Below are positions 41,901 through 57,100 of a stretch of DNA of 64,000 nt, one piece after another (position 1 is the first letter of the stretch; every line of letters begins with the position of its first letter). The notes below the pieces were generated by a model that saw only the letters and a program-made list of their open reading frames with translations, was not told the DNA's origin and made no database searches. Source of the stretch: Eledone cirrhosa (taxonomy: Eukaryota); NCBI GenBank assembly GCA_964016885.1, contig OZ024742.1:18414001-18478000 (forward strand), read 5' to 3'. A program made the translations under genes and the position numbers.

Positions 41901-44900
41901 TTTTGACAATGGAGACGAAGGGTTGCGACTTACTACGTCTCTTGACAATAGAGACGAACGGTTGCAACTTACTACGTCTCTTGACAATAGAGACGAAGGG
42001 TTACGACTTACTACGTCTCTTGACAGTAGAGACGAAGGGTTGCGACTTACTACGTTTCTTGACAATAGAAGCGAAGGGTTGCGACTTACTACATCTCTTG
42101 ACAGTAGAGACGAAGGGTTGCGACTTACTACGTCTCTTGACAATAGAGACGAAGGGTTGCGACTTACTACGTCTCTTGACAATGGAGACGAAGGGTTACG
42201 ACTTACTACGTCTCTTGACAATAGAGACGAAGGGTTACGACTTACTACGTCTCTTGACAATAGAGACGAAGGGTTACGACTTACTACGTCTCTTGACAAT
42301 GGAGACGAAGGGTTGCGACCTACTACGTCTCTTGACAATAGAGACGAAGGGTTGCGACTTACTACGTCTCTTGACAATGGAGACGAAGGGTTGCGACTTA
42401 CTACGTCTCTTGTAATGGAGACGAAGGGTTGCGACTTACTACGTCTCTTGACAATGGAGACGAAGGGTTACGACTTACTACGTCTCTTGACAATAGAGAC
42501 GAAGGGTTGCGACTTACTACGTCTCTTGACAATAGAGACGAAGGGTTACGACTTACTACGTCTCTTGACAATAGAGACGAAGGGTTACGACTTACTACGT
42601 CTCTTGACAGTAGAGACGAAGGGTTACGACTTACTACGTCTCTTGACAGTAGAGACGAAGGGTTACGACTTACTACGTCTCTTGACAGTAGAGACGAAGG
42701 GTTACGACTTACTACGTCTCTTGACAGTAGAGACGAAGGGTTACGACTTACTACGTCTCTTGACAATAGAGTCGAAGGGTTACGACTTACTACGTCTCTT
42801 GACAGTAGAGACGAAGGGTTACGACTTACTACGTCTCTTGACAGTAGAGACGAAGGGTTGCGACTTACTACGTCTCTTGACAGTAGAGACGAAGAGTTGC
42901 GACTTACTACGTCTCTTGACAATAGAGACGAAGGGTTGCGACTTACTACGTCTCTTGAGAGTAGAGACGAAGGGTTACGACTTACTACGTCTCTTGACAG
43001 TAGAGACGAAGGGTTGCGACTTACTACGTCTCTTGACAATAGAGACGAAGGGTTGCGACCTACTACGTCTCTTGATAATAGAGACGAAGGGTTACGACTT
43101 ACTACGTCTCTTGACAGTAGAGACGAAGGGTTACGACTTACTACGTCTCTTGACAATAGAGACGAAGGGTTACGACTTACTACGTCTCTTGACAACAGAG
43201 ACGAAAATTTACGACTTACTACGTCTCTTGACAGTAGAGCCGAAGGGTTGCGACTTACTACGTCTCTTGACAATAGAGACGAAGGGTTGCGACCTACTAC
43301 GTCTCTTGACAATAGAGACGAAGGGTTGCGACTTACTACGTCTCTTGACAATAGAGACGAAGGGTTGCGACTTACTACGTCTCTTGACAATAGAGACGAA
43401 GGGTTGCGACTTACTACGTCTCTTGACAGTAGAGACGAAGGGTTGCGACTTACTACGTCTCTTGACAGTAGAGACGAAGGGTTACGACTTACTACGTCTT
43501 TTGACAGTAGAGACGAAGGGTTGCGACTTACTACGTCTCTTGACAGTAGAGACGAAGGGTTGCGACTTACTACGTCTCTTGACAGTAGAGACGAAGGGTT
43601 ACGACTTACTACGTCTTTTGACAATGGAGACGAAGGGTTGCGACTTACTACGTCTCTTGACAATAGAGACGAACGGTTGCAACTTACTACGTCTCTTGAT
43701 AATAGAGACGAAGGGTTACGACTTACTACGTCTCTTGACAGTAGAGACGAAGGGTTGCGACTTACTACGTTTCTTGACAATAGAAGCGAAGGGTTGCGAC
43801 TTACTACGTCTCTTGACAGTAGAGACGAAGGGTTGCGACTTACTACGTCTCTTGACAATAGAGACGAAGGGTTGCGACTTACTACGTCTCTTGACAATGG
43901 AGACGAAGGGTTACGACTTACTACGTCTCTTGACAATAGAGACGAAGGGTTACGACTTACTACGTCTCTTGACAATAGAGACGAAGGGTTACGACTTACT
44001 ACGTCTCTTGACAATGGAGACGAAGGGTTGCGACCTACTACGTCTCTTGACAATAGAGACGAAGGGTTGCGACTTACTACGTCTCTTGACAATGGAGACG
44101 AAGGGTTGCGACTTACTACGTCTCTTGTAATGGAGACGAAGGGTTGCGACTTACTACGTCTCTTGACAATGGAGACGAAGGGTTACGACTTACTACGTCT
44201 CTTGACAATAGAGACGAAGGGTTGCGACTTACTACGTCTCTTGACAATAGAGACGAAGGGTTACGACTTACTACGTCTCTTGACAATAGAGACGAAGGGT
44301 TACGACTTACTACGTCTCTTGACAATAGAGACGAAGGGTTGCGACTTACTACGTCTCTTGTCAATGGAGACGAAGGGTTGCGACTTACTACGTCTCTTGA
44401 CGGTAGAGACGAAGGGTTACGACTTACTACGTCTCTTGACAGTAGAGACGAAGGGTTACGACTTACTACGTCTCTTGACAGTAGAGACGAAGGGTTGCGA
44501 CTTACTACGTCTCTTGACAATAGAGACGAAGGGTTGCGACTTACTACGTCTCTTGACAGTAGAGACGAAGGGTTACGACTTACTACGTCTCTTGACAGTA
44601 GAGACGAAGGGTTACGACTTACTACGTCTCTTGACAATAGAGTCGAAGGGTTACGACTTACTACGTCTCTTGACAGTAGAGACGAAGGGTTACGACTTAC
44701 TACGTCTCTTGACAGTAGAGACGAAGGGTTGCGACTTACTACGTCTCTTGACAGTAGAGACGAAGAGTTGCGACTTACTACGTCTCTTGACAATAGAGAC
44801 GAAGGGTTGCGACTTACTACGTCTCTTGAGAGTAGAGACGAAGGGTTACGACTTACTACGTCTCTTGACAGTAGAGACGAAGGGTTGCGACTTACTACGT

Positions 44901-46240
44901 CTCTTGACAATAGAGACGAAGGGTTGCGACCTACTACGTCTCTTGATAATAGAGACGAAGGGTTACGACTTACTACGTCTCTTGACAGTAGAGACGAAGG
45001 GTTACGACTTACTACGTCTCTTGACAATAGAGACGAAGGGTTACGACTTACTACGTCTCTTGACAATAGAGACGAAAATTTACGACTTACTACGTCTCTT
45101 GACAGTAGAGCCGAAGGGTTGCGACTTACTACGTCTCTTGACAATAGAGACGAAGGGTTGCGACCTACTACGTCTCTTGACAATAGAGACGAAGGGTTGC
45201 GACTTACTACGTCTCTTGACAATAGAGACGAAGGGTTGCGACTTACTACGTCTCTTGACAATAGAGACGAAGGGTTGCGACTTACTACGTCTCTTGACAG
45301 TAGAGACGAAGGGTTGCGACTTACTACGTCTCTTGACAGTAGAGACGAAGGGTTACGACTTACTACGTCTTTTGACAGTAGAGACGAAGGGTTGCGACTT
45401 ACTACGTCTCTTGACAGTAGAGACGAAGGGTTGCGACTTACTACGTCTCTTGACAGTAGAGACGAAGGGTTGCGACTTACTACGTCTCTTGACAGTAGAG
45501 ACGAAGGGTTACGACTTACTACGTCTTTTGACAATGGAGACGAAGGGTTGCGACTTACTACGTCTCTTGACAATAGAGACGAACGGTTGCAACTTACTAC
45601 GTCTCTTGACAATAGAGACGAAGGGTTACGACTTACTACGTCTCTTGACAGTAGAGACGAAGGGTTGCGACTTACTACGTTTCTTGACAATAGAAGCGAA
45701 GGGTTGCGACTTACTACATCTCTTGACAGTAGAGACGAAGGGTTGCGACTTACTACGTCTCTTGACAATAGAGACGAAGGGTTGCGACTTACTACGTCTC
45801 TTGACAATGGAGACGAAGGGTTACGACTTACTACGTCTCTTGACAATAGAGACGAAGGGTTACGACTTACTACGTCTCTTGACAATAGAGACGAAGGGTT
45901 ACGACTTACTACGTCTCTTGACAATGGAGACGAAGGGTTGCGACCTACTACGTCTCTTGACAATAGAGACGAAGGGTTGCGACTTACTACGTCTCTTGAC
46001 AATGGAGACGAAGGGTTGCGACTTACTACGTCTCTTGTAATGGAGACGAAGGGTTGCGACTTACTACGTCTCTTGACAATGGAGACGAAGGGTTACGACT
46101 TACTACGTCTCTTGACAATAGAGACGAAGGGTTGCGACTTACTACGTCTCTTGACAATAGAGACGAAGGGTTACGACTTACTACGTCTCTTGACAATAGA
46201 GACGAAGGGTTACGACTTACTACGTCTCTTGACAATAGAG
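38930..46240. repeat. Four tandem copies of a 44/49-monomer higher-order unit (1,714, 1,910, 1,715, 1,910 bp), forming a 3,625-bp dimer period
   Basis: Marker-monomer TAA ends at 38,791, 40,505, 42,415, 44,130 and 46,040. Each unit carries the same ordered variants (GAGTCG, GAAGAG, GAGAGT, GATAAT, GAAAATTT, GAACGG, AGAAGCG). ORFs 40491/44116 are offset by 3,625. Confidence 0.88.
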
Positions 46241-49200
46241 ACGAAGGGTTGCGACTTACTACGTCTCTTGACAGTAGAGACGAAGGGTTACGACTTACTA
46301 CGTCTCTTGACAGTAGAGACGAAGGGTTGCGACTTACTACGTCTCTTGACAATAGAGTCGAAGGGTTACGACTTACTACGTCTCTTGACAGTAGAGAAGA
46401 AGGGTTACGACTTACTACGTCTCTTGACAGTAGAGACGAAGGGTTGCGACTTACTACGTCTCTTGACAGTAGAGACGAAGGGTTGCGACTTACTACGTCT
46501 CTTGACAATAGAGACGAAGGGTTGCGACTTACTACGTCTCTTGACAGTAGAGACGAAGGGTTACGACTTACTACGTCTCTTGACAGTAGAGACGAAGGGT
46601 TGCGACTTACTACGTCTCTTGACAGTAGAGACGAAGGGTTACGACTTACTACGTCTCTTGACAGTAGAGACGAAGGGTTGCAACTTACTACGTCTCTTGA
46701 CAGTAGAGACGAAGGGTTGCGACTTACTACATCTCTTGACAGTAGAGACGAAGTGTTGCGACTTACTACGTCTTTTGACAGTAGAGACGAAGGGTTGCGA
46801 CTTACTACGTCTCTTGTCAGTAGAGACGAAGGGTTGCGACTTACTACGTCTCTTGACAGTAGAGACTAAGGGTTGCGACTTACTACGTCTTTTGACAGTA
46901 GAGACGAAGTGTTGCGACTTACTACGTCTCTTGACAATAGAGACGAAGGGTTGCGACTTACTACGTCTCTTGACAGTAGAGACGAAGGGTTGCGACTTAC
47001 TACGTCTCTTGACAGTAGAGACGAAGGGTTACGACTTATTACGTCTCTTGACAATAGAGACGAAGAGTTGCGACCTACTACGTCTCTTGACAATAGAGAC
47101 GAAGGGTTGCGACTTACTACGTCTCTTGACAATGGAGACGAAGGGTTGCGACTTACTACGTCTCTTGTAATGGAGACGAAGGGTTGCGACTTACTACGTC
47201 TCTTGACAATGGAGACGAAGTGTTACGGCTTACTACGTCTTTTGACAGTAGAGACGAAGGGTTGCGACTTGCTACGTCTCTTGACAATAGAGACGAAGGT
47301 TGCGACTTACTACGTCTCTTGACAGTAGAGACGAACGGTTGCGACTTACTACGTCTCTTGACAATAGAGACGAAGGGTTACGACTTACTACGTCTCTTGA
47401 CAGTAGAGCCGAAGGGTTGCGACTTACTACGTCTCTTGACACTAGAGACGAAGTGTTGCGACTTACTACGTCTCTTGACAATAGAGACGAAGGGTTACGA
47501 CTTACTACGTCTCTTGACAATAGAGACGAAGGTTTACGACTTACTACGTCTCTTGACACTAGAGCCGAAGGGTTGCCACTTACTACGTCTCTTGACAATA
47601 GAGACGAAGGGTTGCGACTTACTACGTCTCTTGACAGTAGAGACGAAGGGTTACGACTTACTACGTCTCTTGACAATAGAGACGAAGGGTTGCGACCTAC
47701 TACGTCTCTTGACAATAGAGACGAAGGGTTGCGACTTACTACATCTCTTGACAATGGAGACGAAGGGTTGCGACTTACTACGTCTCTTGTAATGGAGACG
47801 AAGGGTTGCGACTTACTACGTCTCTTGACAATGGAGACGAGGGGTTACGACTTACTACGTCTTTTGACAGTAGAGACGAAGGGTTGCGACTTACTACGTC
47901 TCCTGACAATAGAGACGAAGGGTTGCGACTTACTACGTCTCTTGACAGTAGAGACGAAGGGTTACGACTTACTACGTTTCTTGACAGTATAGCCGAAGGG
48001 TTGCGACTTACTACGTCTCTTGACAGTAGAGACGAAGTGTTGCGACTTACTACGTCTCTTGACAATAGAGACGAAGGGTTACGACTTACTACGTCTCTTG
48101 GCAATAGAGACGAAGGGTTACGACTTACTACGTCTCTTGACAATAGAGACGAAAGTTTACGACTTACTACGTCTCTTGACAGTAGAGCCGAAGGGTTGCG
48201 ACTTACTACGTCTCTTGACAATAGAGACGAAGGGTTGCGACCTACTACGTCTCTTGACAATAGAGACGAAGGGTTGCGACTTACTACGTCTCTTGACAAT
48301 AGAGACGAAGATTTGCGACTTACTACGTCTCTTGACAATAGAGACGAAGGGTTGCGACTTACTACGTCTCTTGACAATAGAGACGAAGGGTTGCGACTTA
48401 CTACGTCTCTTGACAGTAGAGATGAAGGGTTACGACTTACTACGTCTTTTTGACAGTAGAGACGAAGGGTTGCGACTTACTACGTCTCTTGACAGTAGAG
48501 ACGAAGGGTTGCGACTTACTACGTCTCTTGACAGTAGAGACGAAGGGTTACGACTTACTACGTCTCTCGACAATAGAGACGAAGGGTTGCGACCTACTAC
48601 GTCTCTTGACAATAGAGACGAAGGGTTGCGACTTACTACGTCTCTTGACAATAGAGACGAAGGGTTGCGACTTACTACGTCTCTTGACAATGGAGACGAA
48701 GGGTTACGACTTACTACGTCTCTTGACAATAGAGACGAAGGGTTGCGACTTACTACGTCTCTTGTAATGGAGACGAAGGGTTGCGACTTACTACGTCTCT
48801 TGACAATAGAGACGAAGGGTTACGACTTACTACGTCTTTTGACAGTAGAGACGAAGGGTTGCGACTTACTACGTCTCTTGACAGTAGAGACGAAGGGTTG
48901 CGACTTACTACGTCTCTTGACAGTAGAGACGAAGGGTTACGACTTACTACGTCTTTTGACAATGGAGACGAAGGGTTGCGACTTACTACGTCTCTTGACA
49001 ATAGAGACGAACGGTTGCAACTTACTACGTCTCTTGACAATAGAGACGAAGGGTTACGACTTACTACGTCTCTTGACAGTAGAGACGAAGGGTTGCGACT
49101 TACTACGTTTCTTGACAATAGAAGCGAAGGGTTGCGACTTACTACGTCTCTTGACAGTAGAGACGAAGGGTTGCGACTTACTACGTCTCTTGACAATAGA

Positions 49201-49467
49201 GACGAAGGGTTGCGACTTACTACGTCTCTTGACAATGGAGACGAAGGGTTACGACTTACTACGTCTCTTGACAATAGAGACGAAGGGTTACGACTTACTA
49301 CGTCTCTTGACAATAGAGACGAAGGGTTACGACTTACTACGTCTCTTGACAATGGAGACGAAGGGTTGCGACCTACTACGTCTCTTGACAATAGAGACGA
49401 AGGGTTGCGACTTACTACGTCTCTTGACAATGGAGACGAAGGGTTGCGACTTACTACGTCTCTTGTA

Positions 49468-52400
49468 ATGGAGACGAAGGGTTGCGACTTACTACGTCTC
49501 TTGACAATGGAGACGAAGGGTTACGACTTACTACGTCTCTTGACAATAGAGACGAAGGGTTGCGACTTACTACGTCTCTTGACAATAGAGACGAAGGGTT
49601 ACGACTTACTACGTCTCTTGACAATAGAGACGAAGGGTTACGACTTACTACGTCTCTTGACAATAGAGACGAAGGGTTGCGACTTACTACGTCTCTTGTC
49701 AATGGAGACGAAGGGTTGCGACTTACTACGTCTCTTGACAGTAGAGACGAAGGGTTACGACTTACTACGTCTCTTGACAGTAGAGACGAAGGGTTACGAC
49801 TTACTACGTCTCTTGACAGTAGAGACGAAGGGTTGCGACTTACTACGTCTCTTGACAATAGAGACGAAGGGTTGCGACTTACTACGTCTCTTGACAGTAG
49901 AGACGAAGGGTTACGACTTACTACGTCTCTTGACAGTAGAGACGAAGGGTTACGACTTACTACGTCTCTTGACAATAGAGTCGAAGGGTTACGACTTACT
50001 ACGTCTCTTGACAGTAGAGACGAAGGGTTACGACTTACTACGTCTCTTGACAGTAGAGACGAAGGGTTGCGACTTACTACGTCTCTTGACAGTAGAGACG
50101 AAGAGTTGCGACTTACTACGTCTCTTGACAATAGAGACGAAGGGTTGCGACTTACTACGTCTCTTGAGAGTAGAGACGAAGGGTTACGACTTACTACGTC
50201 TCTTGACAGTAGAGACGAAGGGTTGCGACTTACTACGTCTCTTGACAATAGAGACGAAGGGTTGCGACCTACTACGTCTCTTGATAATAGAGACGAAGGG
50301 TTACGACTTACTACGTCTCTTGACAGTAGAGACGAAGGGTTACGACTTACTACGTCTCTTGACAATAGAGACGAAGGGTTACGACTTACTACGTCTCTTG
50401 ACAATAGAGACGAAAATTTACGACTTACTACGTCTCTTGACAGTAGAGCCGAAGGGTTGCGACTTACTACGTCTCTTGACAATAGAGACGAAGGGTTGCG
50501 ACCTACTACGTCTCTTGACAATAGAGACGAAGGGTTGCGACTTACTACGTCTCTTGACAATAGAGACGAAGGGTTGCGACTTACTACGTCTCTTGACAAT
50601 AGAGACGAAGGGTTGCGACTTACTACGTCTCTTGACAGTAGAGACGAAGGGTTGCGACTTACTACGTCTCTTGACAGTAGAGACGAAGGGTTACGACTTA
50701 CTACGTCTTTTGACAGTAGAGACGAAGGGTTGCGACTTACTACGTCTCTTGACAGTAGAGACGAAGGGTTGCGACTTACTACGTCTCTTGACAGTAGAGA
50801 CGAAGGGTTGCGACTTACTACGTCTCTTGACAGTAGAGACGAAGGGTTACGACTTACTACGTCTTTTGACAATGGAGACGAAGGGTTGCGACTTACTACG
50901 TCTCTTGACAATAGAGACGAACGGTTGCAACTTACTACGTCTCTTGACAATAGAGACGAAGGGTTACGACTTACTACGTCTCTTGACAGTAGAGACGAAG
51001 GGTTGCGACTTACTACGTTTCTTGACAATAGAAGCGAAGGGTTGCGACTTACTACATCTCTTGACAGTAGAGACGAAGGGTTGCGACTTACTACGTCTCT
51101 TGACAATAGAGACGAAGGGTTGCGACTTACTACGTCTCTTGACAATGGAGACGAAGGGTTACGACTTACTACGTCTCTTGACAATAGAGACGAAGGGTTA
51201 CGACTTACTACGTCTCTTGACAATAGAGACGAAGGGTTACGACTTACTACGTCTCTTGACAATGGAGACGAAGGGTTGCGACCTACTACGTCTCTTGACA
51301 ATAGAGACGAAGGGTTGCGACTTACTACGTCTCTTGACAATGGAGACGAAGGGTTGCGACTTACTACGTCTCTTGTAATGGAGACGAAGGGTTGCGACTT
51401 ACTACGTCTCTTGACAATGGAGACGAAGGGTTACGACTTACTACGTCTCTTGACAATAGAGACGAAGGGTTGCGACTTACTACGTCTCTTGACAATAGAG
51501 ACGAAGGGTTACGACTTACTACGTCTCTTGACAATAGAGACGAAGGGTTACGACTTACTACGTCTCTTGACAATAGAGACGAAGGGTTGCGACTTACTAC
51601 GTCTCTTGACAGTAGAGACGAAGGGTTACGACTTACTACGTCTCTTGACAGTAGAGACGAAGGGTTGCGACTTACTACGTCTCTTGACAATAGAGTCGAA
51701 GGGTTACGACTTACTACGTCTCTTGACAATAGAGACGAACGGTTGCAACTTACTACGTCTCTTGACAATAGAGACGAAGGGTTACGACTTACTACGTCTC
51801 TTGACAGTAGAGACGAAGGGTTGCGACTTACTACGTTTCTTGACAATAGAAGCGAAGGGTTGCGACTTACTACGTCTCTTGACAGTAGAGACGAAGGGTT
51901 GCGACTTACTACGTCTCTTGACAATAGAGACGAAGGGTTGCGACTTACTACGTCTCTTGACAATGGAGACGAAGGGTTACGACTTACTACGTCTCTTGAC
52001 AATAGAGACGAAGGGTTACGACTTACTACGTCTCTTGACAATAGAGACGAAGGGTTACGACTTACTACGTCTCTTGACAATGGAGACGAAGGGTTGCGAC
52101 CTACTACGTCTCTTGACAATAGAGACGAAGGGTTGCGACTTACTACGTCTCTTGACAATGGAGACGAAGGGTTGCGACTTACTACGTCTCTTGTAATGGA
52201 GACGAAGGGTTGCGACTTACTACGTCTCTTGACAATGGAGACGAAGGGTTACGACTTACTACGTCTCTTGACAATAGAGACGAAGGGTTGCGACTTACTA
52301 CGTCTCTTGACAATAGAGACGAAGGGTTACGACTTACTACGTCTCTTGACAATAGAGACGAAGGGTTACGACTTACTACGTCTCTTGACAATAGAGACGA

Positions 52401-54106
52401 AGGGTTGCGACTTACTACGTCTCTTGTCAATGGAGACGAAGGGTTGCGACTTACTACGTCTCTTGACAGTAGAGACGAAGGGTTACGACTTACTACGTCT
52501 CTTGACAGTAGAGACGAAGGGTTACGACTTACTACGTCTCTTGACAGTAGAGACGAAGGGTTGCGACTTACTACGTCTCTTGACAATAGAGACGAAGGGT
52601 TGCGACTTACTACGTCTCTTGACAGTAGAGACGAAGGGTTACGACTTACTACGTCTCTTGACAGTAGAGACGAAGGGTTACGACTTACTACGTCTCTTGA
52701 CAATAGAGTCGAAGGGTTACGACTTACTACGTCTCTTGACAGTAGAGACGAAGGGTTACGACTTACTACGTCTCTTGACAGTAGAGACGAAGGGTTGCGA
52801 CTTACTACGTCTCTTGACAGTAGAGACGAAGAGTTGCGACTTACTACGTCTCTTGACAATAGAGACGAAGGGTTGCGACTTACTACGTCTCTTGAGAGTA
52901 GAGACGAAGGGTTACGACTTACTACGTCTCTTGACAGTAGAGACGAAGGGTTGCGACTTACTACGTCTCTTGACAATAGAGACGAAGGGTTGCGACCTAC
53001 TACGTCTCTTGATAATAGAGACGAAGGGTTACGACTTACTACGTCTCTTGACAGTAGAGACGAAGGGTTACGACTTACTACGTCTCTTGACAATAGAGAC
53101 GAAGGGTTACGACTTACTACGTCTCTTGACAATAGAGACGAAAATTTACGACTTACTACGTCTCTTGACAGTAGAGCCGAAGGGTTGCGACTTACTACGT
53201 CTCTTGACAATAGAGACGAAGGGTTGCGACCTACTACGTCTCTTGACAATAGAGACGAAGGGTTGCGACTTACTACGTCTCTTGACAATAGAGACGAAGG
53301 GTTGCGACTTACTACGTCTCTTGACAATAGAGACGAAGGGTTGCGACTTACTACGTCTCTTGACAGTAGAGACGAAGGGTTGCGACTTACTACGTCTCTT
53401 GACAGTAGAGACGAAGGGTTACGACTTACTACGTCTTTTGACAGTAGAGACGAAGGGTTGCGACTTACTACGTCTCTTGACAGTAGAGACGAAGGGTTGC
53501 GACTTACTACGTCTCTTGACAGTAGAGACGAAGGGTTGCGACTTACTACGTCTCTTGACAGTAGAGACGAAGGGTTACGACTTACTACGTCTTTTGACAA
53601 TGGAGACGAAGGGTTGCGACTTACTACGTCTCTTGACAATAGAGACGAACGGTTGCAACTTACTACGTCTCTTGACAATAGAGACGAAGGGTTACGACTT
53701 ACTACGTCTCTTGACAGTAGAGACGAAGGGTTGCGACTTACTACGTTTCTTGACAATAGAAGCGAAGGGTTGCGACTTACTACATCTCTTGACAGTAGAG
53801 ACGAAGGGTTGCGACTTACTACGTCTCTTGACAATAGAGACGAAGGGTTGCGACTTACTACGTCTCTTGACAATGGAGACGAAGGGTTACGACTTACTAC
53901 GTCTCTTGACAATAGAGACGAAGGGTTACGACTTACTACGTCTCTTGACAATAGAGACGAAGGGTTACGACTTACTACGTCTCTTGACAATGGAGACGAA
54001 GGGTTGCGACCTACTACGTCTCTTGACAATAGAGACGAAGGGTTGCGACTTACTACGTCTCTTGACAATGGAGACGAAGGGTTGCGACTTACTACGTCTC
54101 TTGTAA
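49468..54106. repeat. Two further copies of the 1,910-bp (49-monomer) unit separated by an 818-bp internally deleted copy
   Basis: Marker ends at 49,468, 51,378, 52,196 and 54,106. The 628-aa minus-strand ORFs 49454-51340 and 52182-54068 look identical to each other and to 40491-42377. Confidence 0.85.
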
Positions 54107-57100
54107 TGGAGACGAAGGGTTGCGACTTACTACGTCTCTTGACAATGGAGACGAAGGGTTACGACTTACTACGTCTCTTGACAATAGAGACGAAGGGTTG
54201 CGACTTACTACGTCTCTTGACAATAGAGACGAAGGGTTACGACTTACTACGTCTCTTGACAATAGAGACGAAGGGTTACGACTTACTACGTCTCTTGACA
54301 ATAGAGACGAAGGGTTGCGACTTACTACGTCTCTTGACAGTAGAGACGAAGGGTTACGACTTACTACGTCTCTTGACAGTAGAGACGAAGGGTTGCGACT
54401 TACTACGTCTCTTGACAATAGAGTCGAAGGGTTACGACTTACTACGTCTCTTGACAGTAGAGAAGAAGGGTTACGACTTACTACGTCTCTTGACAGTAGA
54501 GACGAAGGGTTGCGACTTACTACGTCTCTTGACAGTAGAGACGAAGGGTTGCGACTTACTACGTCTCTTGACAATAGAGACGAAGGGTTGCGACTTACTA
54601 CGTCTCTTGACAGTAGAGACGAAGGGTTACGACTTACTACGTCTCTTGACAGTAGAGACGAAGGGTTGCGACTTACTACGTCTCTTGACAGTAGAGACGA
54701 AGGGTTACGACTTACTACGTCTCTTGACAGTAGAGACGAAGGGTTGCAACTTACTACGTCTCTTGACAGTAGAGACGAAGGGTTGCGACTTACTACATCT
54801 CTTGACAGTAGAGACGAAGTGTTGCGACTTACTACGTCTTTTGACAGTAGAGACGAAGGGTTGCGACTTACTACGTCTCTTGTCAGTAGAGACGAAGGGT
54901 TGCGACTTACTACGTCTCTTGACAGTAGAGACTAAGGGTTGCGACTTACTACGTCTTTTGACAGTAGAGACGAAGTGTTGCGACTTACTACGTCTCTTGA
55001 CAATAGAGACGAAGGGTTGCGACTTACTACGTCTCTTGACAGTAGAGACGAAGGGTTGCGACTTACTACGTCTCTTGACAGTAGAGACGAAGGGTTACGA
55101 CTTATTACGTCTCTTGACAATAGAGACGAAGAGTTGCGACCTACTACGTCTCTTGACAATAGAGACGAAGGGTTGCGACTTACTACGTCTCTTGACAATG
55201 GAGACGAAGGGTTGCGACTTACTACGTCTCTTGTAATGGAGACGAAGGGTTGCGACTTACTACGTCTCTTGACAATGGAGACGAAGTGTTACGGCTTACT
55301 ACGTCTTTTGACAGTAGAGACGAAGGGTTGCGACTTACTACGTCTCTTGACAATAGAGACGAAGGTTGCGACTTACTACGTCTCTTGACAGTAGAGACGA
55401 ACGGTTGCGACTTACTACGTCTCTTGACAATAGAGACGAAGGGTTACTACTTACTACGTCTCTTGACAGTAGAGCCGAAGGGTTGCGACTTACTACGTCT
55501 CTTGACAGTAGAGACGAAGTGTTGCGACTTACTACGTCTCTTGACAATAGAGACGAAGGGTTACGACTTACTACGTCTCTTGACAATAGAGACGAAGGTT
55601 TACGACTTACTACGTCTCTTGACACTAGAGCCGAAGGGTTGCCACTTACTACGTCTCTTGACAATAGAGACGAAGGGTTGCGACTTACTACGTCTCTTGA
55701 CAGTAGAGACGAAGGGTTACGACTTACTACGTCTCTTGACAATAGAGACGAAGGGTTGCGACCTACTACGTCTCTTGACAATAGAGACGAAAGGTTGCGA
55801 CTTACTACGTCTCTTGACAATGGAGACGAATGGTTGCGACTTACTACGTCTCTTGTAATGGAGACGAAGGGTTGCGACTTACTACGTCTCTTGACAATGG
55901 AGACGAAGGGTTACGACCTACTACGTCTCTTGACAATAGAGACGAAGGATGCGACTTACTACGTCTCTTGACAATAGAGACGAAGGGTTGCGACTTACTA
56001 CGTCTCTTGACAGTAGAGACGAAGGGTTACGACTTACTACGTCTCTTGACAATAGAGACGAAGGGTTGCGACCTACTACGTCTCTTGACAATAGAGACGA
56101 AGGGTTGCGACTTACTACATCTCTTGACAATGGAGACGAAGGGTTGCGACTTACTACGTCTCTTGTAATGGAGACGAAGGGTTGCGACTTACTACGTCTC
56201 TTGACAATGGAGACGAGGGGTTACGACTTACTACGTCTTTTGACAGTAGAGACGAAGGGTTGCGACTTACTACGTCTCCTGACAATAGAGACGAAGGGTT
56301 GCGACTTACTACGTCTCTTGACAGTAGAGACGAAGGGTTACGACTTACTACGTTTCTTGACAGTATAGCCGAAGGGTTGCGACTTACTACGTCTCTTGAC
56401 AGTAGAGACGAAGTGTTGCGACTTACTACGTCTCTTGACAATAGAGACGAAGGGTTACGACTTACTACGTCTCTTGGCAATAGAGACGAAGGGTTACGAC
56501 TTACTACGTCTCTTGACAATAGAGACGAAAGTTTACGACTTACTACGTCTCTTGACAGTAGAGCCGAAGGGTTGCGACTTACTACGTCTCTTGACAATAG
56601 AGACGAAGGGTTGCGACCTACTACGTCTCTTGACAATAGAGACGAAGGGTTGCGACTTACTACGTCTCTTGACAATAGAGACGAAGATTTGCGACTTACT
56701 ACGTCTCTTGACAATAGAGACGAAGGGTTGCGACTTACTACGTCTCTTGACAATAGAGACGAAGGGTTGCGACTTACTACGTCTCTTGACAGTAGAGATG
56801 AAGGGTTACGACTTACTACGTCTTTTTGACAGTAGAGACGAAGGGTTGCGACTTACTACGTCTCTTGACAGTAGAGACGAAGGGTTGCGACTTACTACGT
56901 CTCTTGACAGTAGAGACGAAGGGTTACGACTTACTACGTCTCTCGACAATAGAGACGAAGGGTTGCGACCTACTACGTCTCTTGACAATAGAGACGAAGG
57001 GTTGCGACTTACTACGTCTCTTGACAATAGAGACGAAGGGTTGCGACTTACTACGTCTCTTGACAATGGAGACGAAGGGTTACGACTTACTACGTCTCTT

